Below, in pieces: positions 50,475-64,000 of a stretch of DNA of 64,000 nt; the first letter of the stretch is position 1, and every line of letters starts with the position of its first letter. The notes under the pieces are model-generated. The model was given only the letters and a program-made list of their open reading frames with translations, searched no databases and had not been told where the DNA came from. This DNA is from Octopus sinensis. Its lineage: Eukaryota. The DNA is taken from positions 148,180,001 to 148,244,000 of the forward strand of contig NC_042999.1 in the NCBI RefSeq assembly GCF_006345805.1, in the 5' to 3' direction. Position numbers and translations under genes: made by a program.

Positions 50475-50556
50475 TATTATTATTATTATTATTGTTGTTT
50501 TTGTTGTTATTATTATTAATCATCATCATCATCATTGTTGTTGTTATTATTATTAC

Positions 50557-50587
<31 letters not shown>

Positions 50588-50596
50588 AATAATAAC

Positions 50597-50825
50597 ATAT
50601 AAAGGATTGAGATAACTCCTCCCGAAGATATAGAGTCAAAACTAAAAGAATAGTACCATTGTTATCTAGTGAACGATATTTCAACATCTTGTGTGTCTTC
50701 AACTGGTTCAAAAAATAAATTTGTCAATCTACTCCATTTTGGTTAATATGTAAAGGATTGAGATAACTCCTCCCGAAGATATAGATTCAAAATTAAAAGA
50801 AGAGTGCCATTGTTAACACGTGAAC
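50597..50825 (+). repeat. Partial tandem duplication (~70-bp block, ~153-bp period)
   Basis: TAAAGGATTGAGATAACTCCTCCCGAAGATATAGA.TCAAAA.TAAAAGAA.AGT.CCATTGTTA at ~50600 and ~50751. Confidence 0.85.
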
Positions 50826-50837
50826 TAGATAATAATA

Positions 50838-53160
50838 ACCAGTGAACTAAGGTAACACCTCTTATTTTTCGAGCACTTTCCGAAGTATTCGGGCTGTTCC
50901 AAGCAGTGTTGTTTTCTGTAAGTGCTCCACCCTTATTGCAGCCCCTATTTGTTCCACGTACTTCTGGAGATTTTTGCTCACTGTTCCCAGGGCTCCGATA
51001 ATTATTGGTACTACTGCTACCTTTTCATCGGCCACAACTGCTTAATCCCCCATGCTAACCTGTCATATCTCTCACCTTCCTATTCTCTATATCATGGACG
51101 CATTGAATCATAAAATCCCATAGGATCTTTGCATTTTTATTTTTGAGGATGCCTTCGGGTTTGTGGTCGTACCGATACTAAAAAGTATTACTATTATTGC
51201 CTTTGCACAGCTTCTAACGCTGGAGATGTACTACGGTGTCAGCTGTTCCCTACCAGTGAACTAAGGTAACACCCCTTATTTTTCGAGCACCTTCCGGAGT
51301 ATTCGAGCGGTTCCAAGCAGTGCTGCTTTCTGCAAGTGCTCCACCCTTATTGCAGCCCCTATTTGTTCCATGTACTTCTCGAGATTTTTACTCACTGTTC
51401 CCAGTGCTTCGACAATTATTGGTATCCCTACAACCTTTTTCATCGACCATAACTGCTATACCTCCCAAGCTAATCTGTCGTACCAATCGACTTTTCTTTC
51501 TTCCTTATCGCATACCTTGTTGTCAGCTGGACATGCTATATCTATGATCCAGCATAGTTTGGTTTCTTTCTCAATCAAGGTTATGTCTGGCTTCTTATTC
51601 TCTATCTCATGGTCGCGCTGAATCATAAAATCCCACAGGATCTTTGCATTATCATGCACGACCACAAGATGCCTTCAGGTTTGTGGTCGTACCAATTGTT
51701 TTTCTCTGTCCAGACCGTACTTTTTGTAAAGTGTCCAGTGGACAAGCCCTGCTATATTGTCGTGGCGTCTCTTATATTCCTTCTGGGCTAGTGGTGTACA
51801 TTGGCTGTAATATGCCATACGGTTTCACCGTTTTGTCCACAGATTCTGCACTTGTCACTTTCTGTATTTTATGTAGTTCGTTCTTAGCGCTTGCTCTTGG
51901 GCAGTACAGATTAGAGCATCCGTTTCCTGTTTTAAATCACTTTTAATGATCTACAGCCATATTTTTTCTCTGTCTTATCTTCAACATCCCTATGAAATTG
52001 TCCACGCATTCTTTTCTTTACCCACCTATTTTCAGGTGCCATCGTTTTCAGTTGCTTGTACAGTGCTTTATCTTTGCAATATTTCATCCTACACAAGCCT
52101 GGCTGGCCCTCTTACTTCTAATAGTAGCGGTTCTGTGACATTTTTACATACCACACTGTGTTGTTTTCTTCTGCTCTAATGCTGTGTTCGCATCCAATAA
52201 GTCCTTTTCCTCTTCTTTTTCTTTGGTACATACAGTTTGTCTGTGTCACTTTTTGGGTGGAGTGTCCCATATTTAGCTAGCAACTTTCTTGTCTTTCTGT
52301 CTAAGTTGTTTAGCTCGTTTACTGCCCATGCGATTACCCCTGCTCCATATCTAAGGGGTGAAACTGCCCAGGTGTTGATAGCTTCAATCTTGTTTCATCC
52401 GTTTAATTTCGACTCAAGGATCAATCTCAGTCTGCATAAGTACTCCACCTTAAATTTTTACGTCATTTCTTTCTCCATCAATTTATCCATTTCCGAAATC
52501 CCCAAGTACTTATAGCCCGTCTCTTCTATCTGCTTCATAACTTCCCCCGTTGGTATCGATAGCCTGTCCATACATTTGATTTTGCCTCTCTTCAAGACTA
52601 ACACACCATACTTCCTCAGTCCGAATTCCATTCTGATATCAGCACTGAAAGTATACACCGTATCAACGAGAGAACTGACTTTACCATAAAGTTTGAGATC
52701 ATCCATGAATAGCAAATGGTTGACCTTTTGTTGGCGGCTTTTGAATACATACCCAGCTTTGGTATCAAGCACAGTACAAAGATCAGTGGGGACAGGCAGT
52801 CCCTTGGCAGATGCCCCTCCCGATTTATACAGTCCTTAAACTTCTTCCGTATGCTGTCAAGTCTGTCCTCCAATTCGCCATACTTTTTCCAAGCAATCGC
52901 TCAACATTCGATGCAATACCAAATAGGTTCATACATTCCATTATCCAAGTGTGTGAAATCATATCGTACGCCTTACGATAGTCGATCCACGACATGGCTA
53001 AGTTAGTTTTTTCTCCTCTTGCAGTCTCTAAGTACAGTTTTGTCTATCAGGAGTTGATCCTTGGTACCTCTACACTTACGCTTGCAATCCTTCTGCTCAT
53101 GTGGCAGGACTCCATTTTTTTTCCAGATGTTCGTACATTGACTCTGCAAATATTCCAGTC
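50838..53160 (-). mobile_element. Second R4/Dong-like RLE LINE family: decayed copy (51253-53160) plus tandem 3' fragment (50838-51175)
   Basis: NHLLFMDDLKLYG, MEFGLRK, YKYLG, KILWDFMIQRDHEIENKKPDI...IIDIACPAD; duplicated 3' end ACCAGTGAACTAAGGTAACACC; abuts (TTA)n. Confidence 0.88.
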
Positions 53161-53190
53161 AATATTATTATTATTATTATTATTATTATT

Positions 53191-53246
<56 letters not shown>

Positions 53247-53247
53247 T

Positions 53248-53835
53248 ATTGAGTGAGAGAGCATTCCATGCCATCAAAGTGACACTGGGGTAAAATATAC
53301 GAAGCCCAGTATAACCATCATGACTACCCGTCTGATAATGGTACACCAGGCACATGCATCACAACCATATGCGCATGACATGGTGATCTCATATCAAGAT
53401 AAACAGCACATGACCTTGCAGGTGGGGACTCAGTTAGAATTTTCTTCTGGTCGAGTAATCCATCTCGCTCAAAAGGTCCCTGAATAAGGGTTGTTTAAGG
53501 ATGTTGAACAAAACACCTATGTTTCCAAAGGTGAATTATTCAAACCCCAAAGAATCCCTCTCAACACATGGCTATGATGCTCCCCCACTAATTCTGCTCG
53601 TGATCAGAGATGCACATATCGTCAGCCACTAAGGGACATGCTCAACTGGTTAAGGTCAAACAACTGACAAGCAAATCTGTGGTATTGAGCAAAAGATTTG
53701 CTGTAGCCCATCTTTTATACCAAGACAAAACAATGTAGATGATAACACTTCCAATCAGATAATATCAGAAGCCACGAGAACCACAGCCTGGTACTGCATC
53801 AGGGCATGGTTAAGATCATAAGCCACGAGAGCCTT
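53248..53835 (-). mobile_element. Longest copy of the non-coding (TAA)n-tailed retroposon
   Basis: Reverse complement of 16831-17110 extended ~330 bp further 5'; embedded in (TTA)n/(TCA)n. Confidence 0.8.
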
Positions 53836-53883
53836 TATCATTATTATTATCATTGTTGTTGTTGTTGTTGTCATTATTATTAA

Positions 53884-54095
53884 GGCGGCGAGCTAGCAGA
53901 ATCGTTAGCACGCCGGGAAAAATGCTTAGCGGCATTTCTTCCGTCCTTACGGTTTGAGTTCAAATTCTACCGAGGTAGACTTTGTCTTTCATCCTTTCGG
54001 GATCGATAAATTAAGTACCAGCAGAGTGCTGGGATCAATGTAATCGACTTCACCCCTCCCCAAAAATTTGAAGCCTTGTGCCTTTAATAGAAACG
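53884..54095 (+). mobile_element. SINE with tRNA-like head and (ATT)n tail
   Basis: GGCGGCGAGCTAGCAGAATCGTTAGC...GAGTTCAAATTC (B-box-like); copies at 39620, 42550, 56195. Confidence 0.82.
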
Positions 54096-54408
54096 ATTAT
54101 TATTATTATTATTATTTTACTTCTCAGACGAAAAGCTCTAAAATCATACGTGAGCAGTAAACTATTATGATTAATACCTTGCGTGTTGCTTATCAACGAT
54201 TACTTTTCTCACCCCTTTTTTGAGACACTACGAATTCGGTTCAGTTTTCACCACTGTTCCAGAAATCTTCAGTCTTGTTCTTCTGCAAGTTCTTCTCACT
54301 TTGAGTGCGCAGCAATTCTACGCATATTCCCTTCTCCATATGCATCACATACCTGTACAAGCGTTGCCTTTCTCTTGCTCACTGCATCTAATTCTTATTT
54401 TACATATA

Positions 54409-54645
54409 CAATAATCCTTCGACAATCGCGGGTGTTACGTTCCAAAACCCTGCGCGATAGGCGAAAATCTGCGAAGTAGAAACAGTACTGTACAGTATAT
54501 TTTTGATTATTATTTCTATAATTTGTATATATTTATTTTATCATAAATGAAAAACAACACCACGGAGAAATTGACGTAAGCTTAAATAATAAACCGCGAT
54601 AGGTGAACCGCGATAGATGAACCGCGATATGACGAGGGATTACTG
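54409..54645. mobile_element. MITE (pogo/Tigger-like Tc1/mariner derivative)
   Basis: TIRs CA(A/G)TAATCC(T/C)TCG...ATCGCGG, TA flanks, subterminal AACCGCGATA repeats. Confidence 0.8.
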
Positions 54646-55255
54646 TATATGCGTAATTGTGTGTTTACATTTAAAACATAACTACAGAAGCATCGACAAT
54701 TATGTAAACAAGCCTTCTCTAAATATAGTATATCGAATGCGAATCCAGCTATATGCATGACTCAGGAACAGATCTTCCCACATTTTAGTTTCAAATGTTT
54801 CAGAAACAAGCGAACGGTGTGCACCGGTCAAAGCTGTGATAGTAACTGGAAAACGAAACACTACGGCTGACCTTAGCTACATAAAGACACCGTTACTATC
54901 TGCCTAACTTCATTAGCTAATACGTACCGAAATAACAAGAGAGGAAGGTTTTTCTGTTACACTCTGTATAATATTTCACAATACATAGAATTAAAATCCC
55001 TTCCGACGAGTAAAAACAGGAAACCTTTAGGGTTTACTGTAACCCTGGTGGGACTGATAACCATTACACCAACTAAACTTTCTGACTTTCAGTTGTTCAG
55101 ATTGTGTATATCTGGGTCCGCATTCCAAATGTCTCGTTTACGATAGACATACTCATTCGCTCATGCACACATACATACAAACATACATACACACACACAC
55201 ACATACATACATACATACATACATACATACATACATACATACATACATACATACA

Positions 55256-55286
<31 letters not shown>

Positions 55287-56194
55287 GTATATATTCAGAG
55301 TGGCCAAACTTAATTAATCTTAGAGTCACATGCGTTAAACATCGAGCGTTTGAAAGACGCTATTCATGGACAAAATTTACAGAAATTTGTGTTATATCAA
55401 CATTTTGTTACAAAACATTTATAGAACTTTTATATGGATTCGTGAGTGCAGTTTTTAAAGCTGCTAATTTATATTAAGTTTCAATGATCAGAAAGTACAC
55501 AATTGTAGTCAATGTCTTGAAAATCTTGATTGTAACTTTTTTTAAATATACCGAACATATTTAACGATTGCAACATCAAAGAAAAATATGACGATCTACA
55601 TTTCAGTAATATAGAATTAAACAGTGAAAAGTGAAAATAAGAAGCGATAAACTTAATTGTAGCTCTTTGTGTTATTAATTATCTTATCTAAACATGGAGG
55701 AAGATATTTTATTAAAAAAAGCAAATCAATAAAATTAGCGATTTTATTTCGATAGGAGCTTACAAAATTACAGTTTTGTCGCAAAGTATATTAAAGGCGT
55801 AATTTACTGCTAGTAGACAGCTTGTATGTTTTCTCCTTCGTTGGCTGTATGTTGTTAAAAATCTGGTCGATAAACTGTAAAGGCTGTACGAATTAGCTCC
55901 ATCTGACGCTTGCTGTTATTTTGTAAGGTGTCTGTGATATTTATCAGAAGAATTGATGTAAATGTCGGCTCGGCAGCAATGGGGGGGCCATCATGGGTCT
56001 ATTATTTGTGGAGGTCTTGTGTGTGGGTGTGCACGGCTTAGTTTTGTTTGCAACCATGTCAGACGCTGCCCTATCTTTTCTGCCACGCTAAAAAAATTTG
56101 CTGTTCTATTGATGTAGTTCGCACTGCACCTGCATACAGGTTTTTAGTGGACTTCTTTATTGCATTGTGATCCGAGTCGCTCAGGGCAAGGTTT

Positions 56195-56424
56195 TATACC
56201 TATTTCTTTATACCCACAAGGGGCTAAACACAGAGGGGACAAACAAGGACAAACATAGGTATTAAGTCGATTACATCGACCCCAGTGCGTAACTGGTACT
56301 TAATTTATCGACCCCGAAAGGATGAAAGGCAAAGTCGACCTCGGCGGAATTTGAACTCACAACGTAACGCAGACGAAATACCGCTAAGCATTTCGCCCAT
56401 GCTAACGTTTCTGCCAGCTCGCCG
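56195..56424 (-). mobile_element. SINE (head shared with 53884-54095, different tail)
   Basis: Minus head GCGGCGAGCTGGCAGAAACGTTAGCA...GTGAGTTCAAATTCCGCCGAGGTCGACTTTGCC. Confidence 0.85.
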
Positions 56425-56429
56425 CAAGG

Positions 56430-57100
56430 TTTTATACCGTCTTGTTGGCTAAGTGGAGAGTAGTTTTTGTTATGATTTCCTTTCTGCCTCAACTTTGGAT
56501 GCGCAAAATGGCAGTTCGTCCCCATCTCTCTAAGCCTGCTGACACCTCTTACATAAAATTTACAGATAGTATGTACTTCACGTACCATTTTGTTTCTTTT
56601 ACTGTCTTTCTATGGTTTTCTTTTTAACATTGAATTCTGTTTCATCAGTCTTTTGGTTGATTACTTTCTCTGCTGCTTTTACAGCTGGTGCTGGTGCCGC
56701 TTTTTTATTTTATTTTCTTCTCTTTTTCATTTTTTAAAAATCTCCATTAACATGAATATCCTCGTTGATGGTTACCTTATTGTTGGCTTCCTTATTGAGC
56801 TGTCCACATAGAGTTTCAACATAGGTATTATTCTCTGTGTCAGACGTTTCACTTGGAGAATCACTATTTTTTAAAATGGTATCCAGTTTGTCCAAGTGTG
56901 TCCTAACGCGTACATAGGAATGGATAAATTCACTCTTTTTCTGCTTTATTTAAGCCACAGACCTGGAAAATCCGTTGCTTTTCAGGGCTGCCTCAATAAG
57001 GTTGTTGGGGGAATCATTTCGGCTATGATCCAAGCTCTTATTGCGATAGTCTTCCAGTTTCTCGACATCTTCGCTGTGCTGTTTACCTCTTTTTTTATTG
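56430..57100 (-). mobile_element. Possible decayed LINE ORF1 fragment with a CCCH-type zinc finger
   Basis: ICKFYVRGVSRLREMGTNCHFAHPKL resembles C.FY.RG.C....G..C.F.HPK; surrounding frame broken. Confidence 0.35.
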
Positions 57101-58000
57101 TTGTGGATGCATGTGTGATTTGTTTGTGAGTACAGAGAGAGACGGTGAGAGAAAGAAAGAGAGAGAGAGGAAGAAAGAGCGAAGAAATGATGGAACATAA
57201 CAGGAGAGAGAGAAAAGTAAATTGAGACAAGGAGTGGAGAAAGTAGAGGGGAAGAGAGAAGAGCAAACGGAAGAGATAGAGGAAAGAGTTCATGGATACA
57301 GAAAGAGCGAAAAACGATGGGGATGTTAAAGGAAGAAGAGCAGGCAGCAAATTGAAACAAAGAAGGAAGCAGTAATAAGCTGAAACAGAGAAAGAAGGAG
57401 GCAGAGCAACAGGAGCAGAGAATCAGGAGGAGAGGAGGAGGGGGATGATGGCAAATATGAGGCAATGAACTTTTAGTGAATATATCAGGGATGGTAACAA
57501 TAAATCTCGCTAATTTTACATCATTGAACCCTACCACATTCTTACAGCCAACGACCAAATTCTGAATCGAAACTCCGAATTATTGTCTTAATGCACACAT
57601 AAAATCTTCTAAACACTAAACCATTTCAAACCAATAGTTTCCCTAACAGCTAAACAGAAAAAAATACCTCACCACCTTACTTCTCCCATCTCCACCTTCA
57701 CCATAGACTACTCCCATAATACACACTAAAACAGATATTACAACACCATATTAAACAAATGGTGCAGAAATTATCTAAAAGTTACCAAATTTTCAACAAA
57801 ATTTCCCAAAAAATTAAGTCCATTTGCCTAGAAATACACAGACATATATGCAAGGAGGGTAGAGGACTAACCTGGTTTAGAATTTCTTGCCTATTTTTAT
57901 AATGTCCACTTTTTGCATATTTTAATAAATCCAAATAATATATTATAAATTCTTTATTACAATTATGCATATAATTATTATTATATGTGTATATGTATGT

Positions 58001-58031
<31 letters not shown>

Positions 58032-58049
58032 ATATATATATATATATAT

Positions 58050-58082
<33 letters not shown>

Positions 58083-58768
58083 GTGTGTGTGTGTATATAT
58101 ATATATATATGGTGTGTGTGTGTGTGTGTATATGTATATATATATATATGTGTGTATGTATGTATTTATGTACGTATGTTTATATATACATATATATATA
58201 TATATAGTATGTTAGAACTTGATTATTTTGAGGGTATTTTTTCATTACTTGAAGTAAGATAAATTTTAGTTTCAAAATCCTAATGTTTTTATTTTCTTTC
58301 TTTATAGCATATTGGTTTAAATCGTATCTATTTTACCCTTTGAATATGAGTTTAGATTAGACCTCACATCATGAATTTAAAATGGCTTTTTCAGCATTAA
58401 AATTTTACTCCAAATCAATGTTTATTCACTGGAAAATGAAGCTTCTATCGTCCGGACATATCACCGACGGCTGGATTTTTTTTTATTCCAGTAACCATCA
58501 GTGAATATGTGTTGTTTTTTTTTTTACAGCATTATTCTTGAAAGATAAAATATTTCTATAGATCAAGAAGTGCTTTTGACATTGGCTGTGTCTTACTGAA
58601 TTTCTTCAAACTAATTGATTAGTTGGCTTTTATTACTAATTCAGTGTTAGAATATTTCCGAATGCTCATATCTGAATTCATGATTAAAAAGTTAAAGTGA
58701 ATTTTATTTGAGATAGAGCTTCAGTTTTCGCTTCAGCAAATATTTCAATTCGACTTCCCTCCACTGTT

Positions 58769-58989
58769 TTAAGCATTTCGGCCCGGCCGGTACATACTTG
58801 TACCAGTCAAAGATTTTACAACCTGTGTGATGCAGTATAGTACCGCTCCGATTTTTCTGGTAAACATATAGCGCCAGACGTATGATCGGTGTGTATGACA
58901 CTATAATGAGAACTCAAAAGGATCGCATGCGTACAAATCCCACGTCATTACCGATTTGAGAAAAAATTCTTCCGGGTTGAAAGAGTTAA
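58769..58989. mobile_element. Possible piggyBac-like MITE
   Basis: TTAA at both ends with imperfect TIRs (GCATTTCGGCCCGG vs CTCTTTCAACCCGG). Confidence 0.45.
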
Positions 58990-59165
58990 GGAAATAACGT
59001 ATTTTATGAATTTAAAACAATCATATTAAAAGATATGTCAAAATGCTTCAGAAGCAAAAACTTCAACGTTGACGATGAGTAAACTGAGTTAATATTAAAT
59101 GGAGAATCTTGACAATTTCAAAAAAAGGAAGAGTTAATGTTTCAAGATAAGATAGAAATACTTAC

Positions 59166-59259
59166 AGGTGAAAACAATGATTATGGTTGCAGCTATTAAC
59201 GTTCCAAATAAACAGGGTACAGAACAACATTTTATATTTTTAGTTGATGATATTAACAT
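59166..59259 (-). CDS. Predicted first coding exon of the sulfotransferase (cytoplasmic tail and type II signal anchor)
   Basis: ttttcag|GAAA ATG...: MLISSTKNIKCCSVPCLFGTLIAATIIIVFT + T|gtaagt; the phase-1 donor matches the phase of the 44709 acceptor, giving 1200 nt (399 aa + stop). Confidence 0.8.
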
Positions 59260-59539
59260 TTTCCTGAAAATGATTGAATGGAATAATAATAACAAGCAGG
59301 ACTTGTGGAAACTCCACAGTGTAAGTCAGCATATTTGGAAACATTGTTATTATAGTACACATAAGCAAGGAATTTCAAAAAATTCTTTTGAAATCCAGCC
59401 ATTTAATTAAAACTGCTTTCAAATATAAACCAAATGATGTTAGAAGGCCTCGCTTATTTTCCTTCTTTTAATATGTTTGACAGATATGATGTGCTTTATA
59501 GTTTGAGAAAAAAGATGAATTGAAATAATAAAATTGATT

Positions 59540-59639
<100 letters not shown>

Positions 59640-59655
59640 TGTGGGTGTATGTATA

Positions 59656-60125
59656 TTAAAGGAAGAGGAAAACAAAACTAAGGCAAGACAAGCTTATCAG
59701 ATCATTTAAAAATATTTTAATTAAAGTAAAGGTAAATCTAAATAAAGATAAGTAAAAGTAAATAATGTCTTACAACTGTTTCGGGGATATCCCAGGTAAT
59801 GGATCAATATATAACTTCACGGAAATACCTATAAACCTCCATACCTTCCGGAACCAGATGAACTATGAACCTTATACACCTATCTACTTTAAATTTTCTG
59901 TCTAGAACTTTCCTGCACATACACCTTATCTCTGATGATGGAATACCCAGTGTATGTTTATGTTGATCAACACGTTTATCCATTACCTGCGATATTCCAG
60001 AAACAGCTGTAGGACATTATTTACTTTTACTTTTCTTTATTTAGATTTACCTTTACATTAGTTACAATATTTTAAATGATTTCATAAGCTTGTCCTACCT
60101 TAGTTTTGTTTTCCTTTTCCTTTAA
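59656..60125. mobile_element. Inverted-repeat mini-element (arms 59656-59804 and 59978-60125) with an HHR at 59926-60017 (+)
   Basis: Arms are diverged reverse complements; CTGATGA-tggaata...tattcca-GAAAC-agct-GTA overlaps the right arm. Confidence 0.78.
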
Positions 60126-60267
60126 TTTATACCCGCTGACTCTGAAGCTTGCTGCGGATATCTGGCTCCAACCTCCGTTGTGAACTTGAATCCTAACGGA
60201 TTACCAATTACAGCACTTACACAACGTACCTATTGGTTTAGATCATCAGAGGCCTAAACCCTCCTAT

Positions 60268-60442
<175 letters not shown>

Positions 60443-60607
60443 TATATATATTATATATATATACATCCTGAAAGATTGTGTTTCCCTCCAGAAACAGTTC
60501 CACGACCATAGGACGAATTTGATCAGATAAAATGCTTAAATAGTCTTGACTATTAATTCTGCCATGAAGGGAAACCATTGGGTCGGCGGATTTCTAAGAT
60601 ATAGCTC

Positions 60608-60736
60608 ATGGTTGTGATGCATGTGCCTGGTGTACCCTTATCAGATGGGTAGTCATGATAGGTATACTGGGCTTATATTTTACCCCAGTGTCACTTTGAA
60701 GGCATGCACTGCTCCCTCACTAAATAATAATAATAT
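60608..60736 (+). mobile_element. Short 3' copy of the (TAA)n-tailed retroposon
   Basis: ATGGTTGTGATGCATGTGCCTGGTGTACCCTTATCAGA...CTCACT AAATAATAATAA. Confidence 0.8.
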
Positions 60737-60899
60737 TTTATGAGCTTAAAGCTTATAATCGAAAAGAAAATAGTTTAATATTGGGGCAGATAATCCCTCA
60801 CCAGAAACTACTTTTTCCGTCAGTGGCTTATATGCCCCAATATTAGACTACTCTCCTTCTGGCTGGAAAAATTTTCAAATGACATTCCTGGTTGAATTG

Positions 60900-63190
60900 G
60901 AAGAGAGTTCATCACTGAGAGTCTAAAATTCACCGTAGAGAATAATTTTTAAAACTTGAACGAAAACACCAACAGAAAAATCTGGGACTGCGATGGGAAC
61001 GAGAGTAGACCCTACTTTTGCTAACCTTGTCATGGCATACTTGAAAGTCCAAATATACGAACACGCCAGACTGAAATTTGGTGACAACTTCTAAAAATGC
61101 TTACTCGCAAACTAGAAATGCTACCTGGACGATTTTTCATTCTGTGGTCGCAAAACCTTGATCAACTCTTGGAATTTAAAAACTCAATTAACAACATTAA
61201 CCACAGTATCCAATTTACAATTGCATACAGTCACGAACAGAAACCCTTTCACTTTATTTTAATCATTAAAAGAGATACTAATATTAAAACTGACACCTAC
61301 TTCAAACTAACGGACTCAAAACAATATCTACTATTCTCTTCCTGCCACCCAAAGTATACTAAAATCAATATACCTTTTAACTTGGCAAGAATTTGCACGA
61401 CTGAATCAAATCCCGAAACCCGGGATAAACGACTCCAAGCACGTAAAAGTATATTACTATAAAGAAAATATTCGGTTAGTTTAATCCAAAACAGAATAGA
61501 ACGTATAAAAACAATAGACATCCGAGTTACGAAAACCAAAAAAACATGATACACTTAAAACTTTGTCTTACATATCAACACACAATCGAAGGAACATGGA
61601 AACATACAACACCATTCATCATAATATACCTCTCCTGTTGAAGACCTGCGAAAGAAAAAAGTACACGAAACATAAAATTATTAAAAGTAAAAAGCAATCC
61701 AAATCACTAAAAAGGTTACTTACCAGCCCCAAATTACCCACCAAAAATACAACCCCACTAGTCAAAGAATGCAACCGCCCTGAGTGCGGGCTTGCATCAA
61801 CTTTATGGAAGGTTCGACATATGAAGTTAGGTTAAATATTCACCATAAAAAAATCATTTCACTTGTGCTTCGAAGAACTTGATTTATGCTCTCAGATGAG
61901 GCGGGTGTGGTGAGGACTATATTGTTCAAACGAGCTTGACCTTGAGAGACAGACTGGCGGTACACAGGCACCAAATTTGGAACCCCATGATCAGGAAAAT
62001 TCCCCTATGCAAACGCTTAGATCTATGCACCATAGACATAAATCCGAAATACCAGATTTTCACTCCCTATCAATGCACCGGAAACATTTCAACACGATTC
62101 CAATTGAAAAAGGAAAGCATGTTCATTAAAAAATACAAACCGCAGCTAAATATCTCATAATGACACACCAGGAAGATAAAACCCAATTTATTCGCAAAAA
62201 ACGACCAGAGGCAACAGATACAAATCGAAAAGTTTAAGTAACAGGCTTACTGTTCGAAACCCCAACTCCAAATTACTATACAATAACACCATACACCTTC
62301 TCAAATACCAATTGCTGACGTCACCTCAGACCAAACCAATGAAATTTTTCTCTAGTCAGAACCGGACTCTCAGAAAAAACATAGTGACTTCTTAAGGGAA
62401 CCAACCAACAGGAACGCTAGATGACCATCAGGCAAAAACAAGTTACCAAGTCCCTACCAAGAATTCAACTAGTCAAAACACTGAACTTTGCTAAAGCAAA
62501 AATATTTAGTCGAAAACGGAAAATATTTTTGATCAAAATAAAGTGATGTCACGAAATTTACAACTAATCAGAACTTGTTCCTTGACTGTGCTCAGCTAAG
62601 AGTGGACATCACCAGGAATCCAACCAACCAAACCAATAGATTTTACCAAGACAAAAATATTTTGACCAAAACATCCACGAGAAAAACAAAAAGACGTCAT
62701 CAAAATTATAACCAATCAAAAATTGGCTCCTTTTCCGTAAAAACATATATATACTAAAAGATTTGAACTTACATTTCGAACTCCAAGCAACTGAGGGGAG
62801 TAGACCAGTGCATTGAGATTGAAACAAAAAAAGGAACTACACGCACCACGACAGAATTTGTAAAAACTAACTTTTTTCATTCTCTCCACCTTTTTCTCTT
62901 TCTTCGCCACTTTTTTTAAAAATAAAAACTCAATATGGCTAAACTTTCAATAGTGTGAATTTGTTATGATCTTCACTGAAAATTTACGTTGATATTATTA
63001 TCTATCCCTGTGGAGCTCACTGAAATTTCTGTGAACATTTGAACATTTGATCGTTCAAATATTTTTTTTCTATATTTACCTTGTAAATTTAAACTTTCAG
63101 AAACTTATATTTGTACCATTGATGAGCAAAAAATAGTCGACACCGGTTTGGTATTTGAATAAACCTTTTTCAAAATTTAAAAACGACTAT
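60900..63190 (+). mobile_element. Decayed Penelope-like element (RT C-half, GIY-YIG, tail, degenerate HHR at 63114-63153)
   Basis: GTAMGTRVDPTFANLVMAYL, YLDDF, YFKLTDSKQYLLFSSCHP, KNLIYALR..CGEDYI, LRDRLAVHRHQI; tacca-TTGATGA..GACAC-cg-GTT-tggta. Confidence 0.85.
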
Positions 63191-63285
63191 ACGTCTTAGG
63201 ATTCAGGTGCATTTCCAAACATCAAAACAAATTCTTCTATATTTTTCCTGCATAGAAATACACTTCTTTCCATCTATTCTGAGAT

Positions 63286-63346
<61 letters not shown>

Positions 63347-64000
63347 TATATATATTATATATATATATATATATATAATATATAAAAGGAAATAGAGCTA
63401 AATCAATTAATAATTATTTATTAAACTTTAGATGGTTTAAGTTGCTTTTGTGGTATTTTTTGTACCAAATAATTGAACTACCGAGAAGGTTTATGTGTAG
63501 CATGGCAATCTGTTTCCGATTAACATAGGAACGGAAAATCAAATTGAAGGCTGGTTATTGTGGAGGCCGTTGCACTTTGATTATCATAGAACATATAAGT
63601 TTGCAAGCGATGTAAAGTAGAGCTACTGAAGTGTTTTGGGAATAGATTACGGATAATGACTACAAAATATAGTTGTTTTATATGAAGGCGAAATTTATTG
63701 TCAGAAGCAGCCACATAAATGGTGGAAGGAAATTGAAGGAAAATGTTGAAACTTCCCCTCAGAAAAGGGAGCTATTTTTTCGGAGAGAAAAACTAACAAA
63801 AGCCCCTTTATTCTATTTTCCCACATAGCGTGCACATAAACTAACAGCGAATGCTGCATAAAATTAAATTGTTATGAACTTTCCTGAAAGATACGTATAG
63901 CTTTCGCTAGTGGAAGCAAAACTCTTAAAAGGTTGATTCTTTGAGACGAATCATATGTGACTGTTTAAAAAAGGCTAAAATGACAATGCTAAAACCTATT

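Noticed and set aside
56950-57558. 202-aa hydrophobic ORF
   Set aside because: Derived from a low-complexity GA-rich tract, with no recognisable domain
58425-58507. ATTCACTG...CAGTGAAT inverted ends with CTGATGG on the minus strand
   Set aside because: No GAAA/GUH half, and too short and degenerate to call a ribozyme or MITE

Overview
AT-rich, microsatellite- and transposon-dense eukaryotic (animal) DNA. The tRNA-derived SINE families resemble those I recall from octopus genomes, so a cephalopod source is an inference. One host gene is visible: a minus-strand Golgi carbohydrate sulfotransferase (Sulfotransfer_2/CHST-like). I reconstruct it from a small signal-anchor exon (59166-59259) and a large catalytic exon (43604-44709), which join in frame to 399 aa across a 14.5-kb intron. 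The rest is mobile DNA: a head-to-tail cluster of R4/Dong-type restriction-like-endonuclease LINEs nested in (TAA)n, including a near-intact 5.5-kb copy; several Penelope-like elements (PLEs); Tc1/mariner elements (DD37D maT, DD34E IR/DR Tc1, decayed mariners); Merlin, Gypsy and CR1-like relics; two non-autonomous Helitrons; MITEs; and many SINEs. The most striking hidden layer is about 15 hammerhead-ribozyme (HHR)-like motifs found by eye. They include tandem minimal HHRs in PLE terminal repeats, inverted HHR-bearing mini-elements and HHRs with long structured stem-II insertions. One of the latter lies in sense orientation inside the sulfotransferase intron. Boundaries of decayed elements are approximate, and no searches or folding programs were run.
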